From an uncultured Vicinamibacterales bacterium (GTDB lineage Bacteria > Acidobacteriota > Vicinamibacteria > Vicinamibacterales > JAKQTR01): a stretch of 63,886 nt of DNA. A program made the position numbers and the translations under genes. Below are positions 47,247 to 56,315 of this stretch, piece by piece. How positions within the stretch are numbered: the first letter of the stretch is position 1; the number at the start of each line of letters is the position of its first letter. The stretch lies in assembly GCA_964491885.1 (NCBI GenBank), contig CAZBIP010000001.1:10745-74630 (forward strand). The letters run 5' to 3'. The notes under the pieces are model-generated. The model had not been told where the DNA came from. It worked only from the letters and a program-made list of their open reading frames with translations, and ran no database searches.

Positions 47247-48103
47247 TTCGCGCCCTCCCCGCCGGCGCGCGGCATCGGCACCGCCGCCTGCGCGGGCGAG
47301 ACGATCACGAGCACGTGCTCGAGGCGGGAGAAGTCGACGGCCGCGCGGACGGTCACGCGGGTGTAGATCGAGCCGGTGCGCTGGATGTCTCCGACGCGGC
47401 CGAGCAGCAGCCCCGGCGGGTAGATGCCGTCGAGGCCGGCCGTCACCACGGCGTCGTCCGGCTGGACGTCCGCCGTCGCGGAGAGGTACTCGAGCCGCAG
47501 CGTCGTGTCGCCGTTTCCCAGCGCGATGCCTTCGGAGCGCGTGCGCTCGACGCGGACGGCGACGGCCGCGCTGCGGTCGACGATGAACTGCACCGTGGAC
47601 GCGTGCGACGCCGCGATGGCCACGCGCCCGACGACGCCGTCGCGCGCCACCACGGGCATGTCGCGCCGGACGCCGTCTCCGAGGCCCTTGTCGATGGTGA
47701 CGGACCGGAAGTCGGGCGAGGTCGTGCCGGCGACGATGCGCGCGCCGGTCGTGGTCCAGGGGAGGAGCGGCCGCACCTCCAGCAGGTCGCGCAGGCTCTC
47801 CGCGCCCGACGCGCTCGCCCGGGCCTCCGCCAGTTCGGCGTGGAGCGCCTCGGCCTCCCGCGCGAGCCGCTCGTTCTCACTGCGCACGCTCCACAGCGCC
47901 ACGTAGCCGTCGAAGACCGACCGGACGCCGCCCGCGACGATCCAGCTGCCCTCCTGCAGCCGGGTGACGAGCGCCACGATGGTCGCGCGGAGGAGCGAGG
48001 GGCCGGCTGACGTGCCGACCTGGGCGGACACCAGCAGCACGTGGCCCACGATCACCGCGACGAGCAGGTAGCGGGCGCGGTTGCCGAGGTCCGGGCGCAC
48101 CAT
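47243..48103 (-). CDS. mreC: rod shape-determining protein MreC
   Basis: 286 aa with an N-terminal TM segment, a coiled coil and beta-rich domains. It lies 3 nt downstream of mreB. Confidence 0.88.
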   Translation of the reverse strand: MVRPDLGNRARYLLVAVIVGHVLLVSAQVGTSAGPSLLRATIVALVTRLQEGSWIVAGGVRSVFDGYVALWSVRSENERLAREAEALHAELAEARASASGAESLRDLLEVRPLLPWTTTGARIVAGTTSPDFRSVTIDKGLGDGVRRDMPVVARDGVVGRVAIAASHASTVQFIVDRSAAVAVRVERTRSEGIALGNGDTTLRLEYLSATADVQPDDAVVTAGLDGIYPPGLLLGRVGDIQRTGSIYTRVTVRAAVDFSRLEHVLVIVSPAQAAVPMPRAGGEGAK

Positions 48104-48106
48104 GCG

Positions 48107-49132
48107 TCAGTCGATCGAGATCTTGCGGAGCAGGTTGAAGTCGCCCAGCATCTTCCCGGCCCCGAGGACGACCGACGAGAGCGGGTCCTCCGCCATGGCG
48201 AGGGGAAGCCCGGTCTCCTCGCGGAGCCGCTTGTCGAGGTTGCGGAGGAGCGCGCCGCCGCCCGAGAGCACGATGCCGCGGTCGACGATGTCGGCGGAGA
48301 GTTCGGGCGGCGTGCGCTCGAGCGCGACCCGCACCGCGTCGACGATCACGTTGACGGTCTCGGACAGGGCGTCGCGGATCTCCTCGTCGGTGATGGTGAT
48401 GGTCTTCGGCACGCCCTCGACGAGATGGCGGCCCTTGATCTCCATGCTCAGCCGCTCGTCGAGGGGGAAGGCCGACCCGATCTCCATCTTGATCTGCTCG
48501 GCGGTCCGCTCGCCGATGAGCAGGTTGTGGTTGCGCTTGATGTACTGGATGATCGCCTCGTCCATCTCGTTGCCGGCCACGCGCACGGCCTTGGAGTAGA
48601 CGATGCCGGCGAGCGAGATCACGGCGATGTCCGTCGTCCCGCCGCCGATGTCCACGATCATGTTGCCGGTGGGCTCGGTGATGGGCATCCCCGCGCCGAT
48701 GGCGGAGGCCATCGCCTCCTCGACGAGGTAGACCTCGCTGGCCTTCGCCCGGTACGCGCTGTCCTTGACGGCGCGCTTCTCCACCTGGGTGATCTCGGAC
48801 GGCACGCCGATCACGATGCGGGGGCGCACCCACATGGCGCCGTTGTGCGCCTGCTTGATGAAGTGCGTCAGCATCTTCTCCGTGATCTCGAAGTCGGCGA
48901 TGACGCCGTCCTTCATCGGCTTGATCGCCACGATGTTGCCCGGCGTGCGCCCGAGCATGTCCTTGGCGGCGTTGCCGACGGCCTCGACCTTGCCGGTGAG
49001 CTTGTTGATGGCCACGATCGAGGGCTCGTTCACGACGATGCCGCGGCCGCGGGCGTAGACGCACGTGTTCGCGGTGCCCAGATCGATGGCCAGGTCGCTG
49101 GAGAACAACGAGAAGAGGGAACGGAAGGCCAA
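48107..49132 (-). CDS. mreB: rod shape-determining protein MreB
   Basis: 341 aa. DLGTANT and the actin-fold motifs are present. Confidence 0.96.
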   Translation of the reverse strand: MAFRSLFSLFSSDLAIDLGTANTCVYARGRGIVVNEPSIVAINKLTGKVEAVGNAAKDMLGRTPGNIVAIKPMKDGVIADFEITEKMLTHFIKQAHNGAMWVRPRIVIGVPSEITQVEKRAVKDSAYRAKASEVYLVEEAMASAIGAGMPITEPTGNMIVDIGGGTTDIAVISLAGIVYSKAVRVAGNEMDEAIIQYIKRNHNLLIGERTAEQIKMEIGSAFPLDERLSMEIKGRHLVEGVPKTITITDEEIRDALSETVNVIVDAVRVALERTPPELSADIVDRGIVLSGGGALLRNLDKRLREETGLPLAMAEDPLSSVVLGAGKMLGDFNLLRKISID

Positions 49133-49157
49133 CGGCGTGACTCCTTGCGGCCCGGCC

Positions 49158-50231
49158 TCAGCGCGGCGAGGCCAGGCAGAAATTGTTCTTGCCGCGCTCC
49201 TTGACGCGATACATCGCCTCGTCGGCGGCGCGCAGCAGATCCTCGGGCACGAGCGTCACGTCCGGCAGCGTCGCGATGCCCACCGACGCCGTCAGGCGCA
49301 CGTCCAGGTGCAGCGACTGCAGGAACGGGAACGCCGCCAGGCGGTCGCGCACGCGCCGCGCGACCACGACGGCGCCCTCGGCGGGCGTGTCGGGAAGCAC
49401 GACGACGAACTCGTCCCCGCCGTACCGCGCCGCGATGTCGCTCTCGCGCGCGCACGCGCGGATCAGGGTCGCCGCCTCCACGATGGCGCGGCTCCCGCAC
49501 AGGTGCCCGTGCGTGTCGTTCACGGTCTTGAATCCGTCCAGGTCGACGAAGAGCACCGACAGCGGCCGGCCGTACCGGATGGCCCGCTTGGCCTCGCGGT
49601 GCAGCGCGTCGCGCAGGAACCGCGAGTTGTGCAGCCCCGTCAGGTCGTCCGTCACCGAGAGCGCTTCCGCCTGCCGGAGCAACAGCGCGTGGTCCAGGGC
49701 GAGGGCCATCACGCCCAGGAGCGACTCCAGCAGCGGCTGCACGCCCGCGGCGAACCGCGGCGGGCGCGCGCTCGGCCGGCGGTCGAGCCCGACGAGCGCC
49801 GCGGCCCGGCTGCCCCGGCCCGCCAGCGGGAGCCCGATCACCGTCCCGTCGCTCTCCGGGAGGATCCGGCCGTCCTCCCGCAGGTTGGCCGACACGAACT
49901 CCGAGCCGTGCGTCATCACCCACGACGCGACGCCGCCGAGCGTCGGCTCGTCCGCGCTCGCGTGGTCCCTCGCGTGGAGGAGCGTCACCTGCCCGGTGCC
50001 GTCACCGATCAGCACAGCCCACGTATCGGCCTGAATCCATCCGGACACGCGATCCACGAGCATGCGGGCGATGCGGCCGGGGTCGGCGTCGGCGTAGGCC
50101 TCGCGCACGACCTCCTCGAGGATGTTGCGACGGCGCAGCGCCCGGCGCAGCTCGGGCTGGCCGCGCCTGAGCCGTTCGGCGAAGTCGAGCGCCCCGTGGC
50201 TTTCGACGCCTGGAATCTTTGTGGGGGACAC
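49158..50231 (-). CDS. GAF-domain diguanylate cyclase (GGDEF)
   Basis: 357 aa. GTG start. N-terminal GAF-like region and a C-terminal GGDEF domain ([13 protein letters not shown]). Confidence 0.9.
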   Translation of the reverse strand: MSPTKIPGVESHGALDFAERLRRGQPELRRALRRRNILEEVVREAYADADPGRIARMLVDRVSGWIQADTWAVLIGDGTGQVTLLHARDHASADEPTLGGVASWVMTHGSEFVSANLREDGRILPESDGTVIGLPLAGRGSRAAALVGLDRRPSARPPRFAAGVQPLLESLLGVMALALDHALLLRQAEALSVTDDLTGLHNSRFLRDALHREAKRAIRYGRPLSVLFVDLDGFKTVNDTHGHLCGSRAIVEAATLIRACARESDIAARYGGDEFVVVLPDTPAEGAVVVARRVRDRLAAFPFLQSLHLDVRLTASVGIATLPDVTLVPEDLLRAADEAMYRVKERGKNNFCLASPR

Positions 50232-50450
50232 CCCTGCTCGCTCCCGCTAAGTTCCTCAGTTCTCAGCAAATATAGCACAGCGGATCGGGGCCGGACGGGC
50301 GGAATGGCCGGCGAAGGGCCGGCGAAAACGCGGGCAACGATCGGGGCCTGATCCGGGCGTCCATCGGTGCGATACAATCGCCCAGCCCTCGTCTTCCCCG
50401 GCGCGGCGCCGCGCCGGGGCCGTTCACTTTCTTCGCGGGAGCCTTCGCCC

Positions 50451-51875
50451 ATGAGCGCTGCAGCAGGACCCAGGGCCACCATCGGCCTCATCGTCGGGAA
50501 CCGCGGATTCTTCCCGGACCACCTCGCACGGAGCGGGCGCGAGGAGATGCTGGCGGTGCTCGGCGCCGCCGGCGTGGACGCCGTCGTGCTCGGGCCGGAC
50601 GAGTCGAAGCACGGCGCCGTGGAGACGCCGGCGGAAGCCCGGCGCTGCGCGGACCTGTTCCGGTCGCGGCGGGACGCCATCGACGGCGTGATCATCACGC
50701 TGCCCAACTTCGGCGAGGAGCGCGCGCTCGTCGACACCCTGCGCCTCTCGGGCCTCGACGTGCCCGTGCTCGTGCAGGCCACGCCCGACGACACTGGGCG
50801 CATGACGATCCGCGACCGCCGCGACAGCTTCTGCGGCAAGATGTCGGCCTGCAACAACCTCACGCAGTACGGGATCCGCTACTCGCTCACCACGCGGCAC
50901 ACCGAGGCGCCCGGGTCGGCCGAGTTCGCCCGGGACCTGGAGTGGTTCCTCGGCGTCTGCCGCGTCGTGCGCGGCCTGCGCGGCCTGCGCGTCGGCGCCA
51001 TCGGCGCGCGCCCGGCCGCGTTCAACACGGTGCGCTACAGCGAGAAACTCCTCGAGGCGAGCGGCATCTCCGTCGAGCCCGTGGACCTCAGCGAGATCCT
51101 CGGGCGCGTCGGCCTGCTGAAGGAGGACGACCCGGCGGTGCAGCGGAAGCTCGCCGAGATCCGCGCTTACGTGCCGGTCGGCGAGACGCCCCCGGCCGCG
51201 CTGATGAAGATGGCCAGGCTCGGCACCGCGATCGACGCGTGGATGGCCGAGACGTACGTGGCCGTCACCGCGCTCCAGTGCTGGACCGCCCTCGAGACGT
51301 ACTTCGGCGTCGTGCCCTGCACGCTGATGAGCATGATGAGCCACGGCCTGGCGTCGAGCGGCTGCGAGGTGGACGTCTGCGGCGCGGTGGCGATGCACGC
51401 GCTCCGCCTGGCGTCGGGTACGCCGAGCGCCCTGCTCGACTGGAACAACAACTACGGCGACGATCCCGACAAGGCCGTGTGCTTCCACTGCAGCAATTTG
51501 CCGAAGCACTTCCTCACGGACGTGCAGATGGACTACCAGGCCATCATCGCCGGCAGCGTCGGCCGCGACAACACCTTCGGCACGTGCGTGGGACGCGTCA
51601 AGAGCGGGCCGATGACCTTCGCCCGCTTCTCCACCGACGATCGCGCCGGCCGGATCCGAGGCTACGTCGGCGAGGGGGCGTTCACCGACGACCCGCTGTC
51701 CACCTTCGGCGGCGCGGGCGTCGTGCACATCCCGCGCATGCAGGCCCTGCTGCGGTTCATCTGCGAGCACGGGTTCGAGCACCACGTGGCCGCCAACCTC
51801 TCTTCCGTGGGCGCCGTCGTCCACGAAGCGGTGACGAAGTATCTCGGGTGGGAGATGTACTGGCACGAGGAATAG
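50451..51875 (+). CDS. L-fucose/L-arabinose isomerase family protein
   Basis: ATG 50451 (MSAAAGPRATIGLIVGNRGFFPDHL...). About 474 aa. The family assignment rests on overall resemblance to FucI-related isomerases and on the araB/araD context. Confidence 0.75.
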   Translation: MSAAAGPRATIGLIVGNRGFFPDHLARSGREEMLAVLGAAGVDAVVLGPDESKHGAVETPAEARRCADLFRSRRDAIDGVIITLPNFGEERALVDTLRLSGLDVPVLVQATPDDTGRMTIRDRRDSFCGKMSACNNLTQYGIRYSLTTRHTEAPGSAEFARDLEWFLGVCRVVRGLRGLRVGAIGARPAAFNTVRYSEKLLEASGISVEPVDLSEILGRVGLLKEDDPAVQRKLAEIRAYVPVGETPPAALMKMARLGTAIDAWMAETYVAVTALQCWTALETYFGVVPCTLMSMMSHGLASSGCEVDVCGAVAMHALRLASGTPSALLDWNNNYGDDPDKAVCFHCSNLPKHFLTDVQMDYQAIIAGSVGRDNTFGTCVGRVKSGPMTFARFSTDDRAGRIRGYVGEGAFTDDPLSTFGGAGVVHIPRMQALLRFICEHGFEHHVAANLSSVGAVVHEAVTKYLGWEMYWHEE

Positions 51876-51893
51876 GGGCTAGGGGCTAGGGGA
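51873..51893. repeat. 7-nt tandem array, family B (TAGGGGC TAGGGGC TAGGGGA)
   Basis: Read directly from the sequence. The first three bases are the isomerase TAG stop. Confidence 0.85.
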
Positions 51894-51914
51894 GAGAGTA
51901 CCCGGGAGGCGGAC

Positions 51915-53498
51915 GTGACTGTCGTTGCGGGGGTGGATTTCGGAACGCTGAGCGTGCGGGTCTCGATCGTCGACGCGGAGCGCGGGCGCCTCGGCAGCGG
52001 CACGGCGGAGTACCCGCTGGCCCGCAGCAAGCAGGACCCCGACTTCGCCACCGAGCGCCACGCCGATCACATGAGCGCGCTGGCGCTCGCGACGCGCCGC
52101 GCCCTCGCCGACGCGGGCGTCGCCGGCGCCGACGTCCGGGCCCTCGCCATCGACACGACCGGGTCGAGCGTGGTGCCCGTCGGCGAGGGGCTCGAGCCGA
52201 TCGACGACTACTACCTGTGGTGCGATCACCGCGCGTGGCGCGAGGCGCGCGAGATCACCGCGAAGGCCCGCGAGGTGGCGCTGCCCGCCCTCGACTGGTG
52301 CGGCGGCGTCTACTCGGCGGAGTGGGGGTTCTCGAAGCTGCTCCACTGGCTGCGGCACAACCCGGGGAAGCGCAGCCGGTTCGTGACGGCCCTCGAGCAC
52401 TGCGACATGGCCGCCGCGACGCTCTGCGGGATCACCGATCCGGCCGAGGTGCCGCGGAGCGTCTGCGCGATGGGCCACAAGTGGATGTGGAACCCGGCGT
52501 GGGGCGGCCTGCCCGACGAGGCCTTCCTGCAGGCGGTGGACCCGCTCCTCGCCGGCGTGCGCGATCGCATCGCGGGTCGGTTCGCCACGTCGGACGCGAT
52601 CGCGGGACGCCTCTCGCCGGAGTGGGCGGACCGCCTGGGCCTGGAGCCGGGCATTCCCATCCCCGTCGGCGCGTTCGACGCGCACTGGGACGCCATCGGC
52701 GCCGGCATCCGCCTCGGCGACGTCGTCAACGTGATCGGGACCTCGACCTGCATCATGGCAATCAGCGACGCGCAGACGCTGGTCCCAGGGGTCTGCGGCG
52801 TGGTGCCGGGGTCGGTGCATCCCGGATTCACGGGCGTCGAGGCGGGCCTGTCGGCGACGGGCGACATCTTCGAGGCGATTGCCCGCCGCGCGGGGCGCGA
52901 CGTCGGCGGCCTGTCGGCGGCCGCGGCGGGCCGGCGCGCGGGTGAGACCGGGCTGTTGCGGCTGACGTGGGACAACGGCGACCGCACCGTGCTGGTGAAC
53001 CCGGAGCTCGGCGGCATCACGCTGGGCTGGAACCTGACGCACGCGGCCGAGGACGAGCTGTTCGCCGCCATCGAAGGCACGGCGATGCACACCCGGGTGA
53101 TCCTGGAGCGCATGGAGCAGCACGGCGTGCCCATCCGGCGGATCATCAACGCGGGAGGCATCCCGCGCAAGAACCCGCTGCTGAACCGCGTCTACGCGAG
53201 CGTCCTGGGGAAGCCGGTGCTCGTGCCCCGGGAGGAGTCGACGAGCCTCGGCTCGGCGATCTTCGCGTTCATGGCCGCGGGCGCGTTCCCGACGATCGAG
53301 GCGGCGCAGGACGCCCTCTGCCCCGAGTACGACACGGTCGAGCCGGACGCGGCGGACGCGGGCGTGTACGACGACCTCTTCGGGCTCTACCGCTCGCTCT
53401 ACTTCGGCTTCGGCGACCCCGCCTCGGCCCCGGTGGGCGTCGGCGGGGTACTGCCCGCGCTGCGTGAGACGGCCGCGCGCGTGCGGGGACGATCGTGA
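51915..53498 (+). CDS. araB: FGGY-family carbohydrate kinase (ribulokinase-like)
   Basis: 527 aa. GTG start. The N-terminus VAGVDFGTLSVRV is FGGY-type, and the length and context fit ribulokinase. Confidence 0.8.
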   Translation: MTVVAGVDFGTLSVRVSIVDAERGRLGSGTAEYPLARSKQDPDFATERHADHMSALALATRRALADAGVAGADVRALAIDTTGSSVVPVGEGLEPIDDYYLWCDHRAWREAREITAKAREVALPALDWCGGVYSAEWGFSKLLHWLRHNPGKRSRFVTALEHCDMAAATLCGITDPAEVPRSVCAMGHKWMWNPAWGGLPDEAFLQAVDPLLAGVRDRIAGRFATSDAIAGRLSPEWADRLGLEPGIPIPVGAFDAHWDAIGAGIRLGDVVNVIGTSTCIMAISDAQTLVPGVCGVVPGSVHPGFTGVEAGLSATGDIFEAIARRAGRDVGGLSAAAAGRRAGETGLLRLTWDNGDRTVLVNPELGGITLGWNLTHAAEDELFAAIEGTAMHTRVILERMEQHGVPIRRIINAGGIPRKNPLLNRVYASVLGKPVLVPREESTSLGSAIFAFMAAGAFPTIEAAQDALCPEYDTVEPDAADAGVYDDLFGLYRSLYFGFGDPASAPVGVGGVLPALRETAARVRGRS

Positions 53499-54199
53499 CG
53501 GCCCGGCGCCTTCGCGAAGCGGTCTGCGAGGCGAACCTGGACCTCGTCCGGCGCGGCCTGGTCGTCGAGTCGTTCGGCAACGCCAGCGGCGTCGACCGGG
53601 AGCGCGGCCTCGTTGTCATCAAGCCGAGCGGCGTGCCCTACAGCCAGCTGACGCCCTCCACGCTCGTCGTCACCGACCTCGCCGGCCGCCCCGTCGAAGG
53701 GACGCTCCGCCCGTCGTCGGACTTGCCGACGCACCTCGAGCTGTACCGGGCGTTCCCCGCGATCGGCGGCGTGGCCCATACGCACTCGCGGTTCGCGACG
53801 GCGTGGGCGCAGGCGGGGCGCGAAATCCCGTGCCTGGGCACCACGCACGCCGACTACTTCCCGGGGCCCGTCCCGATCACGCGCAGCATGACGCCAACCG
53901 AGATCCGCGGCGCGTACGAGACCAACACCGGACGGGTCATCGCGCGCCGGTTCGCGCGGCTCGATCACGCCGCGACCACGGCCGTGCTGGTGCACGGCCA
54001 CGGGCCGTTCGCGTGGGGCGCGTCGGCAGGCGACGCGGCCCGCACGGCGTTCGTCCTGGAGGAACTGGCGCAGCTCGCCTGGCTCACCGCGGCGATCGGC
54101 CCCGAGGCAGGCCCGATCGGCGCCGCGCTGCGCGACAGGCACTTCCGCCGGAAGCACGGGCCCGGGGCCTACTACGGCCAGCCGGCGCGGCCGCGGTGA
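53495..54199 (+). CDS. araD: L-ribulose-5-phosphate 4-epimerase (class II aldolase/adducin family)
   Basis: 234 aa with NASGVDRERGLVVIKPSGV and GGVAHTHS motifs. It overlaps the araB stop. Confidence 0.85.
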   Translation: MTARRLREAVCEANLDLVRRGLVVESFGNASGVDRERGLVVIKPSGVPYSQLTPSTLVVTDLAGRPVEGTLRPSSDLPTHLELYRAFPAIGGVAHTHSRFATAWAQAGREIPCLGTTHADYFPGPVPITRSMTPTEIRGAYETNTGRVIARRFARLDHAATTAVLVHGHGPFAWGASAGDAARTAFVLEELAQLAWLTAAIGPEAGPIGAALRDRHFRRKHGPGAYYGQPARPR

Positions 54200-54304
54200 C
54201 GGCCGCCGGAAGACGCCGGTGAGGGTCCCCGGCGGCCCGCGGTTGCGGTCCCCTCGCGCGAGACGCTAGACTATGGGTTTGGTCTGGATGGAGACACAGG
54301 CACC

Positions 54305-56236
54305 ATGACGATGCTCGACCGCATGCGGCGTCACAAGGGCTGGCTCAAGTGGAGCCTCGCCCTCGTGGTGATCGCATTCATCATCCTCTACATCCCGGAC
54401 TTCCTGCAGCGGCAGGACCCGGCCCAGGCGGGCGCGCTGCCGAGCGACCAGGTCGCGCAGGTGAACGGCCGGGGCATCAGCGTCCTCGAGTTCCGCACGG
54501 CCTACCAGCGCCAGATCTCGGCCTACCGCCAGGCGTACGGGTCGGGCATCAACGAGCAGATGCTGAAGCAGCTCGGGTTCGAGCAGCAGGTGCTCCAGCA
54601 GCTGATCAACGAGCAGGCCATCCTGGCCGAGGCAGGCCGCCTGGGCATGACGGTCACGGACGCCGAGGTGCGGCAGCGCATCCTCACGATGCCGGACTTC
54701 CAGGCGAACGGGCAGTTCGTGGGCGAAGCGCAGTACCAGGCCATGCTCTCCCGCTCGTCGCCGCCCATGACGCCCGCCGAGTTCGAGACGATGCTCCGCC
54801 GCAGCCTGCTCGTCGAGAAGCTCCAGGCCCTCGTGACGGACTGGGTGGCGGTGACCGACGCGGAAGCGGACGCCGAGTTCACGCGCCGGAACGAGAAGGT
54901 GAAGGTCCAGCTGGTGCACGTCGCCGCGTCGGGGTTCCTCGGCCAGGTGAGCGCCACCGACGCCGACGTCGCGGCGTATTACGAGGCGCACAAGCAGGAC
55001 TATGAGATTGGCGAGCGCCGGAAGATCCGCTACGTCCTCGTCGACACCGAGGCCCTTCGCAAGGGCATCGTCGTGCCGTCGCGCGAGCTGGAGCGGTACT
55101 ACAACGACAACATCGACCTGTTCTCGACGCCCGAGCAGGTGCGCGCCAGCCACATCCTCTTCGAGACCGAGGGCAAGACCGAAGCGGACGTGCGCGCGGC
55201 TGCCGAGAAAGTCCTGCTGGAAGCCAAGGCCGGGAAGGACTTCGCCGGGCTCGCAAAGCAGCACTCCGGCGACGAGGCGACCGCGACGCTCGGCGGGGAC
55301 CTCGACTACTTCGGCCGCGGCCGCATGACGCCCGCGTTCGAGGACGCCGCCTTCGGCGCCGAGCAGCCGGGCCTGCTGCCCGAGCTCGTCAGGACGCCGT
55401 TCGGGTTCCACATCATCAAGGTGGTCGACAAGAAGGCCGGCACGACCCGGGCCTTCGACGAGGTGAAGGCGCAGATCCAGGACCAGCTCACGGGCGAGCG
55501 CGCCCAGCGGCAGGCCGATCGCAAGGCGGACGAACTGGCGAAGGCCATCTCGGAACCGGCCGACATGGACAAGGCCGCCGCCGCGCGGGGGCTGAAGGTC
55601 GAGGAGACCGGCTTCTTCACGGTCGACGAGCCCATTTTGACCCTCGGCGCGTCGCAGCAGGTGTCGAGCGCGGTCTTCGCCCTCGCCGAAGGCGCCGTGA
55701 GCGCCCCGCTGGCCGTCGGCCGCGGGTTCGTCGTCGCGACCGTGTCCGGACGCCAGGCCGCGTCGATTCCGAAACTGGACGAGGTGAAGGACAAGGTCCG
55801 CAACGACGTCCTGCGGGAGAAGGCGGGCGCGCTGGCTGCGGAGAAGGCGCGGGCCGTGGCGGCGGCGCTGAAGGCGGCCCCCGACTTTGCGGCGGCCGCC
55901 AGGAAGGCCGGGCTCGAGGCCAAGAGCAGCGAACTCGTGGCGCGCGGCGCCGCGCTGCCCGACGTGGGCGTGGATGCCGCCGTCGAGCGCGCCGCGTTCG
56001 GCCTGGCCGTCGGCGCGACGAGCGACGCGGTCGCCAGCCGGGACGGCGCCACAATCCTGAAGGTCGTCGAGCGCAAGGACGTGACGCCGGCCGAGGCCGC
56101 CGCCTCGCGCGAGTCGACTCGGCAGCAGCTGGTCGACGAGCGTCGCAGCGAGTTCTTCACCGCCTACATGGTGAAGGCCCGGCAGCGGATGAAGATCGAT
56201 CTCAACCGGGAAGTGATCGACCAGATCATTGGCTAG
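54305..56236 (+). CDS. ppiD: periplasmic chaperone/peptidyl-prolyl isomerase PpiD-like
   Basis: 643 aa with an N-terminal TM anchor, SurA-N-like region and a parvulin domain (ASHILF...GGDLDYFGRG). Confidence 0.85.
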   Translation: MTMLDRMRRHKGWLKWSLALVVIAFIILYIPDFLQRQDPAQAGALPSDQVAQVNGRGISVLEFRTAYQRQISAYRQAYGSGINEQMLKQLGFEQQVLQQLINEQAILAEAGRLGMTVTDAEVRQRILTMPDFQANGQFVGEAQYQAMLSRSSPPMTPAEFETMLRRSLLVEKLQALVTDWVAVTDAEADAEFTRRNEKVKVQLVHVAASGFLGQVSATDADVAAYYEAHKQDYEIGERRKIRYVLVDTEALRKGIVVPSRELERYYNDNIDLFSTPEQVRASHILFETEGKTEADVRAAAEKVLLEAKAGKDFAGLAKQHSGDEATATLGGDLDYFGRGRMTPAFEDAAFGAEQPGLLPELVRTPFGFHIIKVVDKKAGTTRAFDEVKAQIQDQLTGERAQRQADRKADELAKAISEPADMDKAAAARGLKVEETGFFTVDEPILTLGASQQVSSAVFALAEGAVSAPLAVGRGFVVATVSGRQAASIPKLDEVKDKVRNDVLREKAGALAAEKARAVAAALKAAPDFAAAARKAGLEAKSSELVARGAALPDVGVDAAVERAAFGLAVGATSDAVASRDGATILKVVERKDVTPAEAAASRESTRQQLVDERRSEFFTAYMVKARQRMKIDLNREVIDQIIG

Positions 56237-56300
56237 GGGCTAGGGGCTAGGGGCTAGGAAGGATGGACTGACTAGCGCCCAGCGCCTAGTCCCTAGCGCC
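56234..56300. repeat. inverted pair of family-B 7-nt arrays (TAGGGGC x3 + TAGGAAG / loop / CTAGCGC CCAGCGC CTAGTCC CTAGCGC)
   Basis: Read directly from the sequence. The first TAG is the ppiD stop. The two arms can pair as a ~26-bp stem with 4 mismatches, between the convergent genes ppiD and sppA. Confidence 0.9.
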
Positions 56301-56315
56301 TGATCTCGCCTTCGC

